Origin: a bacterium
GTDB taxonomy: Bacteria; Bacteroidota; Ignavibacteria; UBA10030
Length of the DNA: 64,000 bases
Direction of reading: 5' to 3'
Assembly (NCBI GenBank): GCA_043803945.1
Contig: JAZDJN010000101.1
Span: 12,790-76,789, forward strand
In this document: positions 1 to 10,079 of the stretch, in pieces
How positions within the stretch are numbered: position 1 is the stretch's first letter
Layout: each line of letters starts with the position of its first letter
Position numbers and translations under genes: made by a program
Notes under the pieces: model-generated
The model's database searches: none
The model's input: the letters and a program-made list of their open reading frames with translations, nothing else
What the model was told of the DNA's origin: nothing

Positions 1-1427
1 CCAAGCAATGCCCCTACCATCAGATTGATTTGCTTCCTTGGAGAAACCGGTCCACCCGGCACAACGGCAGGGTCGATGATATCGATGTAGCCGAATTCCG
101 ACTGCTCATTGATGGTCGCTTCGTTATACTTTTCTTCCACCAATAAATATAACTTTTCATTACTTAAGCGTGACCGTTGAAGTCTGGCATATTCGATACT
201 CCTTTGCGGGATGCGTTCGAATTGAGACTCGTATTGTTTGATCACCTCTATGAGAGCTCGTTTTTTTGCGAGCTTCGATTGCCGGTCAATATTGATTTCT
301 GTAATCTTCGCTTTGAGCAGGCTCAGGTACGCTGCAGGATCGTTCGCACCGGTGACTGTCTGTCCCGGAATGAGAGATTTGAGATACTCATTCGTTCGCT
401 TGGTAAGTTTTTCCCGAATGCCATTGATTTTTTCATTTAACTCATTAAGAGTTTGAGTATAAATTTGCTGGCCGGTGAGACTCGGATTTTTTGCGATAAA
501 AACGTCGCGCTCTACTTCGACTTTAGCAAGCTCATTCTGCATTTGGCGGATGTAGGGATCGTTTGCCTCACCCATCGCGCGTGCGACATTCGGTTCGACC
601 TTTTTCAGTTCTTCCTGGTACGAAGAGAGAGTATTTTCGGTGGCCTGAACTTCAATATCGATTGCATCGCGGTTTGCTTCGAGTTGAGCGAGCTGATCGA
701 TCACCTTTTTTGCCTCATCGTCGAGTGAGACAATTCCTTCCGTTTCCATGTATTTTTGGAGATTTTGCTCGGCGTTGTCGAGATTCCCCTGCCTGGATTT
801 TAGTTGTTCCTGAAGAAAAACACGAACCGTACGCGATCTTGCCCGGCTTTGAAACATGTTACGATCATAATAAGCGGCGGCGTATGTATTTGCGATGATC
901 GCAGCACATTCTGCTGAAGCACCCTTAGCAGTAATTTTAATTACATCGGAATCCCGTACAGGTTCGAACGTGATGGTAGTTTCGAGTCGAGAAATAACTT
1001 CTGTGACCGTGGCAAATTCTCTCTCGAATGCTGCATTTTCAGGTGGTGCAATAATAGGGAGTTTTTGCAGTTTGGTAGAGTCTGTGAATTTCTTTTCGAG
1101 GAGAGCTTTTGCGACGACTTCAGCTATAGAACGAGATTTGAGAATCTCGAGTTCATTTTTGATGTTCTTCTGGTCGCCAAAACCGCTAATATCAAAAAGA
1201 AAACCCCCGCTGGACCTCTGCCCTTTTGTATCGACAAGGACGCTCGTGGTTGCTTCATAGATCGGTTGCCTGGTGTAGGTATAAAGAACAGTTGTTACCA
1301 TAGTGAGGAAGAAGATGGAGAGGATCCACCATTTCCCTCTGAGGATAATCTGGAGGTAATCCTCGAATCGAGGTTCTTGATTAACACCATTTGAGTTGAG
1401 ACTATAGCCTTCTTTACCATTATTCAT
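1..1427 (-). CDS. Wzc/GumC-family polysaccharide co-polymerase (N-terminal part; runs off the window edge)
   Basis: Absent from the ORF track because it has no stop in the window. Manual translation from ATG 1427: MNNGKEGY...FEDYLQIILRGKWWILSIFFLTMVTTVLYTYTRQPIYEATTSVLV (Wzz N-terminus and TM1), a coiled-coil region, then KLYLLVEEKYNEATINEQSEFGYIDIIDPAVVPGGPVSPRKQINLMVGALLG (Pro-rich motif and TM2). Confidence 0.88.
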   Translation of the reverse strand, partial: MNNGKEGYSLNSNGVNQEPRFEDYLQIILRGKWWILSIFFLTMVTTVLYTYTRQPIYEATTSVLVDTKGQRSSGGFLFDISGFGDQKNIKNELEILKSRSIAEVVAKALLEKKFTDSTKLQKLPIIAPPENAAFEREFATVTEVISRLETTITFEPVRDSDVIKITAKGASAECAAIIANTYAAAYYDRNMFQSRARSRTVRVFLQEQLKSRQGNLDNAEQNLQKYMETEGIVSLDDEAKKVIDQLAQLEANRDAIDIEVQATENTLSSYQEELKKVEPNVARAMGEANDPYIRQMQNELAKVEVERDVFIAKNPSLTGQQIYTQTLNELNEKINGIREKLTKRTNEYLKSLIPGQTVTGANDPAAYLSLLKAKITEINIDRQSKLAKKRALIEVIKQYESQFERIPQRSIEYARLQRSRLSNEKLYLLVEEKYNEATINEQSEFGYIDIIDPAVVPGGPVSPRKQINLMVGALL

Positions 1428-1589
1428 GAAATAACTTTCCCCTTGTTAGAACTTCAATTCTAGCGATTAAATGTACAAAAAAGTGATGCCATCGGCAATG
1501 AAATTTTATAGTAGAATATTAGCCGCCAAGATTTTTTGATTAAAAGATTGAACGATTAAGAATAAATAATATTCGAAAGATTGAACCGC

Positions 1590-1704
1590 CCTGTCTGCCG
1601 ACCTGTCCCTGACTGCGTGACGAACACTTCGTCAGGCAGGCGCCGAAGCGTAGCGTAGGCGGAAGTGCCTTCAGCCTGACTGCCGGAGCGGCAGCGCAGG
1701 CAGG
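1590..1704. repeat. Nested palindromic micro-elements (33-nt type A containing 29-nt type B containing an inverted type A)
   Basis: cctgtctgccga[cctgtc[cctgactgcgtgacgaacacttcgtcaggcagg]cgccgaagcgtagcgtaggcgga]agtgccttcag...cgcaggcagg; the same parts recur at 2094-2184 and 6306-6400. Confidence 0.8.
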
Positions 1705-2093
1705 CAAATCGCCAACGACGCCAAGGATAGAATTTATGAAAAGAATAAGAGTGTAAATACACTACTTCACTCAGGAGATGCATCCAGAGCAAGGACAACG
1801 TATAAAGTAGTGGTACGATGCTTGGACAGCAGTGATACGCATCAATATTTCAACACCCGTAAAAAGAGAAAGGTTTCTGACATTGGGTGTGTGGTGCATG
1901 ACGATGATAGGCATCACGTTGAAGCGAAAAAACAGAATGAGTTACGCGTATAAGTCAGGAGTAGAACTCCCTTCCAGTATCAAAGTTAAGACTTGGTATC
2001 TTCTAAGAAAAAATTACTAGTTTTTTCCTTGCTAGCCCGAAGGCATCCCCACCAGACCTGCCCGACTACGCCGTTCAGGCGGGACGCATGGCG

Positions 2094-2184
2094 CCTGTCT
2101 GCCGACCTGTCCGCCGAAACGATTTATCCGCCGGAGCATGGCGTAGGTGGAAGTGTAGGCGGAAGTGCTTGGCACGCAGGCAGG
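2094..2184. repeat. Three-level nested palindromic micro-elements
   Basis: cctgtctgccga[cctgtccgccgaaacga[tttatccgccggagcatggcgtaggtgga]agtgtaggcgga]agtgcttggcacgcaggcagg; removing the inserts gives 33-, 29- and 29-nt hairpin units. Confidence 0.85.
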
Positions 2185-2390
2185 GGCTGGTTGCCGAGGG
2201 CGAAGATAAAATTTGAGATATCTTACGTAAAGAGGAAGGGAACTATGTAATGAGAACGATAGGGTGAGGGCTGGAAGCAAGAGAGGCTTTTCTGATGATG
2301 GTTGGGAGCGGAGCGCCTTGCCAGAAGCGTGTCTATCGACCTCCCAGCAGTTGAGGGTGAGGATGAAATGCATGATATCTACCAGCAGCA

Positions 2391-2565
2391 TGCTCGGCGA
2401 GACGCCTTCGCTCTAGGATCTTAGGAAAGAAGAGATAGGTTCCGAACTTTTTTCTTCTTTGAAACCACCCCTCTCCCGTGAACGCGTTATTTGCGTCCCG
2501 TGCTTTATGCGGGACGGGAGAGGGACCTATGAATTACAATCGACAGGGTGAGGGGTAAATGCAGG
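2391..2565. repeat. ~175-bp composite intergenic repeat, copy 1 (contains a BoxC-like CCCTCTCCC..GGGAGAGGG..GGGTGAGGG element)
   Basis: Closely matches 3627-3802 (gacgccttcgct..tagg...ccgaactttttt...ccctctcccgtgaacgcgtt...gggagaggga...cgacagggtgaggg). The two copies flank the metallophosphoesterase gene. Confidence 0.85.
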
Positions 2566-2662
2566 CGGGGACGCCTTCGGTCCTTTTTTTCTACTCGTTC
2601 AGAATTCTCCTCACGATAATATCTCTTTCCTTGTACGTCCTTTTTCCCTATTTTTCCTACGT

Positions 2663-3364
2663 ATGCGAATTGCGATCCTATCAGATATCCATTCTAACTT
2701 ACCCGCGTTGCTTCAAGCCTTCTCCATTATCGATGAGCAGCGCATCGATGAAATTTATTGTCTAGGAGATATTGTGGGCTACGGAGGGAATCCGAACGAA
2801 TGTGTCAATCTTATAGGCAAACATGCTACACATTGTGTGCTGGGTAATCACGATCTTGGGGCTATCGATCTTTCTCAATCTGAATATTTTACACGGCCTG
2901 GCAAGATTGCAGCGGATTGGACGTATGAAGTCCTGACAGAGGAGAATTTCGAGTTTTTAAAATCACTCCCCTATAAACAAGAAACAAAGTTCGCCACTTT
3001 GTCTCATGCAAATCCCTCTGAACCTGAAGGTTGGAGTTATGTAGTATCCCTCGAGGATGCGGAGCCGCAATTTGAGAATTTCAACTCACCGGTGTGCTTC
3101 ATAGGGCACTCGCATATCCCCTTTATATGTGGTGAAGATTTAAGGACTCTCACTTTAAAGAAAGGTACGCGAGCATTGATCAACGTTGGGAGTGTGGGTC
3201 AACCACGCGATCATAATCCACAATTGAGCTTCGGAATCCTGGACACTAGTGAATGGACATATAGGAATATTAGATCTGATTATGATATTAGCTCAGCAGC
3301 TGAAGCAATTGTGAGAAATGGGCTGCCGAGATATTTGGCTGAGAGGTTGTTTAAGGGAGTGTGA
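2663..3364 (+). CDS. Calcineurin-like metallophosphoesterase (YfcE/MJ0936 type)
   Basis: Metal-binding motifs SDIHSN, LGDIVGYG, GNHD, GHSH and NVGSVGQPRD. Confidence 0.93.
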   Translation: MRIAILSDIHSNLPALLQAFSIIDEQRIDEIYCLGDIVGYGGNPNECVNLIGKHATHCVLGNHDLGAIDLSQSEYFTRPGKIAADWTYEVLTEENFEFLKSLPYKQETKFATLSHANPSEPEGWSYVVSLEDAEPQFENFNSPVCFIGHSHIPFICGEDLRTLTLKKGTRALINVGSVGQPRDHNPQLSFGILDTSEWTYRNIRSDYDISSAAEAIVRNGLPRYLAERLFKGV

Positions 3365-3365
3365 T

Positions 3366-3445
3366 TGAGTATCAGTAAAGAGTAGGGAGTATTAAGTAAG
3401 AAGCAGAAAGAGTGAGCAGACAGTAGAAGGCAGATTGCAGACAAA
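3366..3445. repeat. Degenerate purine-rich 7-nt tandem repeat
   Basis: agtaaag agtaggg agtatta agtaaga agcagaa...; similar tracts near 5140-5245, 7900-8090, 9945-10030, 10720-10800 and 21000-21060. Confidence 0.7.
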
Positions 3446-3626
3446 GAAAGATTTTGTACGACAGACCTCTATAACGTGCTCTATTGAGTTTTCCTTTTCA
3501 TGCTCTGCGGGCCAGCCCGAAAGAACACCCAGTGTGAAGTAGTTGGCACGTTCTCTCTGATTGTTCCATCTAGCCCGAATGTGTCTTACCGAGGGCGAAA
3601 ACGAATCCCAAGCTATCGCTTGACTT

Positions 3627-3802
3627 GCTCGGCGGGACGCCTTCGCTTTAGGAGATTAGGTAAGAAGATTTAGGTCCCGAACTTTTTTTCTTCTTTGAAA
3701 CATCCCTCTCCCGTGAACGCGTTTTTTGCGTCCTGTGCGTTACGCGGTACGGGAGAGGGACATTCGATTTATCATCGACAGGGTGAGGGTTAGTTAAATG
3801 CG
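3627..3802. repeat. ~175-bp composite intergenic repeat, copy 2
   Basis: Direct repeat of 2391-2565. Confidence 0.85.
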
Positions 3803-3895
3803 GAATGAGGAAGTGTGAATGGGGAATTGTAAGCGGGACACTCCCCCTATGCCGCATTTGAGCCTAGTGGAAAAGGGAGATTGTTATACGCATGG

Positions 3896-4050
3896 TGGAT
3901 CCCCGACAAATGCACTCGGGGAACACTACCAGTGGTCAGAAAATAACAAGCAAAAATCAGAGTTCCCAAAATGACTCTGTTTGGGATCTACTATATGGTA
4001 ATGTACTACAATGCATAGTAGATCCCCGACAAATGCACTCGGGGAACACT
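3896..4050. repeat. Cluster of three REP-like hairpins in alternating orientation (gtgttccccgagtg-N-gtcggggatct family)
   Basis: gatccccgacaaatgcactcggggaacac occurs twice, with agttcccaaaatgactctgtttgggatct between them; same family as the array at 32731-33920. Confidence 0.85.
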
Positions 4051-4080
4051 GGTGAGATTTTAGGCAAGGCTTTTCCATCA

Positions 4081-4150
4081 CCCTACCCTCTTCCGCTCAC
4101 GGGAGAGGGACCTGCGTTCTATGAGCGACAGGGTGAGGGTTGGTTAAATG
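4081..4150. repeat. BoxC-like element with an empty loop
   Basis: ccctcttccgctcacgggagaggg...cgacagggtgagggttggttaaatgcg; sister copies at about 2468, 3703, 6208 and 6467. Confidence 0.75.
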
Positions 4151-4189
4151 CGAACAGGTAGATAGGAAGCAGGAGAACCGTTGGAATGC

Positions 4190-4612
4190 TCAATCGGAAA
4201 GATGGAAATGCTTCACTATTGCGGTATAAAAAACTTCGAGGTCTTTAAGATTCGATACTAAAATTTTCCTTAGGATATCGAGATTGATTTCTTGATACTC
4301 ATGAACTGCAATATTTCGAAATCCAATCATTCGTTCCATCTTTTCACAGAGATCGTGGTCGATGATGGTGTTATCGCGAAGAAAGCGGAAATGTTCTTTC
4401 ATATCCTGCGGCACACCAAATCCTTCCGAAGCAACGATGTGGGCTGCAAGATCGATTGCTGCTTGAACGGCACGCTGGAGATTGAGTACGAAAATATCTT
4501 GCCGATCGATATCATCGAGGCGGTTTGGATCAAGAGCTGTGACGAGGCTGATACGCTTGAGACACCTTTTAATAATCCCGATTTTCGCGAAGACAACATC
4601 ACGATCAACCAT
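4190..4612 (-). CDS. hepT: HepT-like HEPN ribonuclease toxin (DUF86), type VII TA
   Basis: HEPN Rx4H motif in GFRNIAVHEY; overlaps the upstream MNT gene. Confidence 0.9.
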   Translation of the reverse strand: MVDRDVVFAKIGIIKRCLKRISLVTALDPNRLDDIDRQDIFVLNLQRAVQAAIDLAAHIVASEGFGVPQDMKEHFRFLRDNTIIDHDLCEKMERMIGFRNIAVHEYQEINLDILRKILVSNLKDLEVFYTAIVKHFHLSD

Positions 4613-5033
4613 AGATTAGCCCCTCCAGGATACGGTGTTCAATCGGCCTTCTCACAATTTTTAGGTCATGATAGTTGTTGAACGTGCTCACAATGAATTG
4701 GTTGACTTTCCGTTCGTCCCGCACAAAAATCTTTTTACCTTTCCGCAGCACCTGCATACAAATAATGGGTGAAGAGATATTCATAAGCATCAGATCGATC
4801 GAATCATGGCGGAGAAGATTCGCTACTTTAATTGTTGCTCTAGCGCGATAGTACAGCGGGTAATCGGCTTTTTCGACCTTCTCCTCATAAACGAGGAGTG
4901 CAATATCGATATCCTCAGGGGTGTCCCTGGTCAGTATTGAACCAAAGAGAAACAGAGCAGCGATTTCCTGGTGTGATTCCGCGAAACTACACAACTGCTG
5001 CTCTACCTCATCCAGAATCATTGGTGCTTTCAT
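4605..5033 (-). CDS. mntA: MntA-like minimal nucleotidyltransferase antitoxin
   Basis: LFLFGS...EDIDIA (GS-x-DxD) motif; paired with the HEPN gene. Confidence 0.88.
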   Translation of the reverse strand: MKAPMILDEVEQQLCSFAESHQEIAALFLFGSILTRDTPEDIDIALLVYEEKVEKADYPLYYRARATIKVANLLRHDSIDLMLMNISSPIICMQVLRKGKKIFVRDERKVNQFIVSTFNNYHDLKIVRRPIEHRILEGLIYG

Positions 5034-5276
5034 ATTGCTTATGAATTATTAATGGTGAAGACTGCGGATTGTTTCTCAGTATTTCCGCTTGTTTAAATAT
5101 ACGACATAATGAGCGATTGGTGCAAGGAGTGACCTTTAAATATTGAATTGGGAATAATAAATGGTGAATTAGGGGACAGGAAACGGTGAAGAGTAAAAAG
5201 TATTGAGTAGGAAGTAGAAAGAGAGAGCAGAGAGCAGAAAACAGATTTAAATTTCGTTCCTTTTCACACTCGGCGA

Positions 5277-5309
5277 CCTGCCCGACGAAACACGCAGTGT
5301 GAAGTCGGG
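5277..5309. repeat. 33-nt CCTG-hairpin micro-element inserted without target duplication
   Basis: ctcggcga[cctgcccgacgaaacacgcagtgtgaagtcggg]gacgccttcgc, compared with the empty site ctcggcgagacgccttcgc at 2393-2411. Confidence 0.8.
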
Positions 5310-5420
5310 GACGCCTTCGCTTTAGGAGGTGAGGAAAGATTGATTTTTTCCGCGTAGTAGATCCACTGTCCACCGGAGGACGCCGAAATGATTTTTATCG
5401 CGTGAGAACTGGGGAACCGA

Positions 5421-5687
5421 CTAGGGAAAATATCTATACACTTCTTTTCTCTGTAAGCACCGGACAAATGTCACCGTATTATGTTCTATTGTGATACCGA
5501 TACGGTATTGACCAATACGAATTCGGTAATACTTCCCCTTTGTTGAGAGCTTTTTGAGATTCTGGATTTGCTGCGGAGTAGAGGCTTGTTCAACGTTGAT
5601 AATAACTCGTTCAATTTCCCGTAGAATATTCTTCCCGGAAATAATACGGATATCTTTTTCAAAACTTTCTTTGAAGAGAAGATTCAT
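5421..5687 (-). CDS. RelE/ParE-family toxin
   Basis: 88 aa, basic, with the RelE/StbE signature YYRIRIGQYRIG...RKEVYRYFP. Confidence 0.9.
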   Translation of the reverse strand: MNLLFKESFEKDIRIISGKNILREIERVIINVEQASTPQQIQNLKKLSTKGKYYRIRIGQYRIGITIEHNTVTFVRCLQRKEVYRYFP

Positions 5688-5893
5688 TTCCGGATCTTTA
5701 GAATATTCAATACTTTTGCTTTGGAGATCGTCTTTGTCTTTTCTCCCTCCTGAATAGCCCGCGTGAGAGCGATATCTTCAAACACATCCAATACCGTTTC
5801 GCGGATGAAATCCTTATTTTCTTCAAACACTTCGCTCACTGCGTCTTTCAGCAAGACTTTGAGCTTAGTTTCTCGAACCGCTGTTGTTGGCAT
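5684..5893 (-). CDS. Putative antitoxin of the RelE module
   Basis: 69 aa with EDIALTRAIQEGEKT; 4-nt overlap with the toxin. Confidence 0.8.
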   Translation of the reverse strand: MPTTAVRETKLKVLLKDAVSEVFEENKDFIRETVLDVFEDIALTRAIQEGEKTKTISKAKVLNILKIRK

Positions 5894-6004
5894 ATTATGT
5901 TCCTTTTGATTATTAGTAATATCGTAATCAGGTATCTGATATGCAATATCTGGAAGAGTGAAGATTCCCGTCTCACGTCTCTCATTTTACTTCTCTCCTG
6001 CATT

Positions 6005-6670
6005 TAGGGTCGGGAGGAGATCTCCTCGCCACCAGCCCGCCATGCGTTCTAGCGGGGAGGCGAGTCCATCGACCTCCCAGCCTTAGACTGACCCCCTCAC
6101 CCTGAAGGACACTCCCTCTTGACCACTGATCCCTGATCACTGATTACATTGATTACGCTGATTGCAGTGGAAGGGGAAGAAATTCTTTCGTCTGGTTTTC
6201 TTTGCCCTACCCTCTTCCGTTTACGGGAGAGGGATCGAGCCCGCCCGCCTGAGCGCTTGCGGTCGGGCGGGGGTGAGGGACAGTCAAATGCGGAATTGGG
6301 AATGGCCTGCCTACCGGCATGTCCCTGCCTGCGTGCCAAGCACTTTGGCAGGCAGGCGTCGAAACGAAGTGCAGGCGGAAACACGCAGTGTGAAGTCGGG
6401 GACGCCTTCGCTTTAGGAGGTGAGGAAAGGCGAGTTGAAGATCGGTACCTTTCTTCAGCTAAGGATTCCCCTCTCCCGTCAACTTGCCCGCTACGGCGGG
6501 CGGGAGAGAGACCTTTGATTTACCATCGATAGGGTGAGGGTTGGTTAAATGCGGAATTGAAGAAATATGGAAATATGAGAATGTGGGAGGTTTCTCTCCC
6601 TTCTTACCTCTCATCCGTTCAGGTCGGGAGCAGACTTGTCCGCCGTCTTTTTGGCGGAGCTCCCTCCCAG
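6005..6670. repeat. Intergenic mosaic of BoxC-like, REP-like and nested CCTG/CTTG micro-elements
   Basis: BoxC-like copies at about 6208-6280 and 6467-6545; nested elements at 6306-6400; cttgcccgctacggcggg in a BoxC loop (6483-6500); cttgtccgccgtctttttggcgga inside gggagcaga|gctccctcccagc (about 6626-6671). Confidence 0.75.
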
Positions 6671-6712
6671 CAAATAGTCAGGGTCGGTCATGGACCGACC
6701 CCTGAAGAATTT

Positions 6713-7879
6713 TTATTTTGAAAGGAACTCGCAGATAGAATCTACCACGTAATGAATCTGCTCCGGTGAAAGCTCGGGGTAAATAGGCAGCGCTAAAGAA
6801 GTATTCGCTGCACGGGCAGATTTCGGATAGGCGTTTTGATCCGGTTTCAAATCGGTAAAGCATTCCTGCTTATGGAACGGGACGGGATAATAAATTTCTA
6901 CTCCAATCTGTTTCTCCTGAAGAAACTTCCTTAACTCATCCCTCTTCTCAATTCGGATGACGTACTGGTTATAAATATGATGGTTCTTATGGCCGCTTGA
7001 TTCATAGACTGCCTTCGGCAGCAGCACTTTGTTCTTTGCATCGTATTCCAGTTTCCCGGTCTCTGTCGCAACACCCTTGTCAATAAACAACTTCGTATAA
7101 AGAGCGGCGTTCTTTCTTCTTCCTTCCGACCAGGAATCAAGATGCGGAAGTTTCACATTTAATACTGCGGATTGGATTGCATCGATCCGGAAATTTCCAC
7201 CGATAACCTTATGATAATACTTTGGCTTACCACCATGGACTCTGAGAATCTTGAGAGATTCACCGAGGGCTGGATCATTCGTCACGACTAATCCGCCATC
7301 GCCAAAACAGCCAAGATTTTTACTCGGGAAGAATGAATAACATCCGATTGTACCAATCGTGCCAACCATTTTTCCGTCTTTGTACTGAACGCCAATTGCC
7401 TGAGCGGCGTCTTCTACCACAGGAATGTTATACTTTGCACTGATCTGCATGATCTCTTCCATTGCAGCGCTCTGGCCAAAGAGATGGACAGGCAAAATCG
7501 CTTTTGTGCATGGAGTGATTTTCTTTTCAATCTCTGCCGGATCGATATTAAAGGTGACGGGGTCGATATCGCAAAGGACAGGTGTTGCACCGAGGCGGAA
7601 GACAACACCGGCCGTAGCAAAGAATGAGTAATCAGGTACGATCACTTCATCCCCGGCTTTAACCTTGAGCGCCATTAAGGCAACCAAGAGGGCATCCGTT
7701 CCAGATGAGACTCCGATTGCATATTTACAGCCAAGGTACTCGCACAGGCTCTTCTCCAGTTTTTCTACTTCAGGGCCAAGGATAAAGTATTGGGATTCGG
7801 CGACGCGGATGAGGGCAGCATCTAGTTCTGTTTTTAGCGTAGCATATTGTGCTTTAAGGTCTAATAAGGGTACGTTCAT
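6713..7879 (-). CDS. DegT/DnrJ/EryC1/StrS PLP-dependent sugar aminotransferase (WbpE/WlbC-like)
   Basis: Motifs SSGTDAL, VHLFGQ, EDAAQAIG and SFFPSKNLGCFGDGG (PLP lysine). Confidence 0.95.
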   Translation of the reverse strand: MNVPLLDLKAQYATLKTELDAALIRVAESQYFILGPEVEKLEKSLCEYLGCKYAIGVSSGTDALLVALMALKVKAGDEVIVPDYSFFATAGVVFRLGATPVLCDIDPVTFNIDPAEIEKKITPCTKAILPVHLFGQSAAMEEIMQISAKYNIPVVEDAAQAIGVQYKDGKMVGTIGTIGCYSFFPSKNLGCFGDGGLVVTNDPALGESLKILRVHGGKPKYYHKVIGGNFRIDAIQSAVLNVKLPHLDSWSEGRRKNAALYTKLFIDKGVATETGKLEYDAKNKVLLPKAVYESSGHKNHHIYNQYVIRIEKRDELRKFLQEKQIGVEIYYPVPFHKQECFTDLKPDQNAYPKSARAANTSLALPIYPELSPEQIHYVVDSICEFLSK

Positions 7880-7899
7880 AGGAAGCTCGAAATGTTAGT

Positions 7900-8330
7900 T
7901 GTGATTAGTGAATGGTGAATAGTAAATAAAAAATAGTGAAGAGTGAAGAGTAATGGGTAGTAAGTATAAAGTAGTAAGTAAAAAGATAGCACAAAACAGA
8001 TAGCAGTGAGCGGTAGATAGCTTGCCCGCTGTAATACGAAGTGTGGAGGCGGGTAAACAGTGTACCGCGCACAGTAGACAGTAAAAAAGATGAAGAGAAA
8101 ATGGATTTCAGCATATTGGTCAGGGGTACCTGATTATTTGTTGCTTTTGCCGGTACTCAGGCCGGAAGCAGACTTGTCCGCCGTCTTTCGCGTTTTTTGC
8201 GTCCGCCATTTTTGGGGTGGATTGGCGGAGCTCCCTCCCAGCTATAAATTATTCACCACAGAGACACTGGGAGCACAGAGTATTTTAATAATTTATTTTC
8301 TCCTCAGTGCTCTCTGTGACTCTATGGTTT
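7900..8330. repeat. Heptamer tract with an inserted 33-nt micro-element, a doubly filled REP-like hairpin and a 9-mer inverted repeat
   Basis: 7-mers at 7900-8090; cttgcccgctgtaatacgaagtgtggaggcggg at 8021-8053; nested element at 8160-8242; accacagagacactgggagcacagag...ctcagtgctctctgtgactctatggt at about 8255-8328. Confidence 0.72.
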
Positions 8331-8337
8331 ATCTTTA

Positions 8338-8937
8338 TTAAACCTCTTTGACTAAATTGTTTTCGAGTTTATAGGTTTTGCCAGACTTGGGGCAATTTGC
8401 GATGCCGTTGGCATCGAATTTTAATCTCACGCCGGCTTCGCTCATCGAACCAACGATGCGGGCAGCATTTCCTACCACGAGGGCAAAGTCGGGGATATCT
8501 TTTGTGACTACTGCTCCGGCTCCCACAAAGGCAAAGCGGCCGATTGTGGTACCACAGACGATTGTACTATTTGCTCCGAGTGAAGCAGCCTCCTTAACGA
8601 GAGTCTTAATATAGAATGCTGCACCAACCTGTGGATATTTCGAGAGCGTATCACGGATATTGGTAAAAACCATGGAGGGACCGCAGAAGACATAATCTTC
8701 CAGCGTAACACCCTCGTAGACTGAAACGTTATTCTGTATCTTTACAAAATTACCGATGGTGACATTATTGCCCACGTTTACATTTTGCCCGAGGACACAT
8801 TACTTACCGATTTTGGTTCCAGATTGCACGTGGCTGAAATGCCAGATCTTTGTTCCCTCTCCGAGTTCAACGCCATCATCAACAACTGCATGCTTATCGA
8901 CATAGAAATTCTTTTTTTCTGCCTCATTCTGTGACAT
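8338..8937 (-). pseudogene. WbpD/WlbB-like hexapeptide-repeat N-acetyltransferase with an in-frame stop
   Basis: From ATG 8937: MSQNEAEKKNFYVDKHAVVDDGVELGEGTKIWHFSHVQSGTKIGK*CVLGQNVNVGNNV...; TAA at 8800-8802 (codon 46), and the frame continues into ORF 8338..8775. Confidence 0.9.
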
Positions 8938-9912
8938 GTTTTTTTAATCCTTCCTGAGCACACTCCAGTATTTGTAATACTTCAAAGGCATGCTCGCCGT
9001 CTGTTCGTGGTTGCGTATTATTAAGTACTGACTCATAAAAATGCCGATGCTCTGCTGTGAGAGCAGGTGTATCTCCAAATGAAATGACTTGAAAATCCTC
9101 ATCGAATTTCTCGAGAAAACCATTTATTTTTTTGAATCCTTTTTTATAGAACTTCAACTTATCTGCCTTCACACTATCCTCAAAGACAACCATACCCTCT
9201 TCACCGATAACAACCAGCCGGTGCTCTTTAAAAGGATGGAGCCAGCTAACAAAAATATGGGCATGAACATTGTTTGGATAGGTCAGGTAGGTAATGGTGG
9301 TGTCTTCGATATCATCCTGAATGAAATCACCACCGTGAGCATCTGTCGTTAAAGGAGAATTGCCCGTGAGAAATTGAATAATGGAAATATCGTGAGGCGC
9401 AAAACTCCAGAGAATATTCTCCTCACTTCGAATTGTCCCTAAATTCAAACGATTACTATAAATGTATTGAAGCTTGCCGATCATACCCACTTCCATCATG
9501 CTCTTTATCTTCAGGATTGCAGGATGATGGAGAAGAACATGGCCGACCATCAATTTTAATTTATACTTCGCCGCCAGATCTACAAGGTGGCGGGCTTCCG
9601 ATGAATAGAGTGTGATCGGCTTCTCAATCAGGACATGCTTACGATGCTCAAGGCATTTCTCTGCAATCCAAAAGTGAGTTTCTGCCGGTGTAGCGATAAC
9701 AACCGCATTGAAACTGGGATTCTCTAAAATATCCTCATACCGGGTGGTGAACTGTATAGCAGGATTAACGGCTTTGACGAGATCTCGTGATTTGGGATCA
9801 GGATCACAGGCAATAATGTTTTCCGGTCCTAAAAGACTAGATGCGGTTTTGACATGGTTAATACCCCACTTCCCATAGCCAATCAACCGAGTTTAATGTT
9901 TTGATACTCCAT
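8924..9912 (-). pseudogene. Gfo/Idh/MocA oxidoreductase (WbpB/WlbA-like) with a 1-nt deletion near the 5' end
   Basis: ATG 9912 with an upstream GGGGG reads MEYQNIKLG then TGA; restoring one T in ggttgatt joins it to LIGYGKWGINH (Rossmann GxGxxG). EKP and APHD motifs follow. The span is 989 nt, one short of a multiple of 3. Confidence 0.8.
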
Positions 9913-10079
9913 TGTATTTCCCCCACTGTATATTTTGACATAGAATGACAGTTTGGTAAATCGTAAATAGTGTTAGTAAACGGTTTACTGTATACAGTGT
10001 ACAGTAGACAGTTTATAGTGAACCGTTCATCATAAATCCTGTATCATGAAGCACGAGCCGAGTATTGCCTATCGTGATA

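Noticed and set aside
177-1394. Plus-strand ORFs
   Set aside because: Shadow frames opposite the wzc-like gene.
1556-2391. ORFs 1556..1798, 1832..2020, 1993..2250 and 2032..2391
   Set aside because: No recognisable domain; most run through nested micro-elements (LSADLSAE, GRQA peptides).
6097-6532. Overlapping ORFs of 84-127 aa
   Set aside because: Composed of BoxC-like and micro-element sequence.
8800-8802. Stop-codon recoding (alternative genetic code) to explain the in-frame stops
   Set aside because: TAA and TAG end many intact genes here, and the interrupted genes or their neighbours show other signs of decay.
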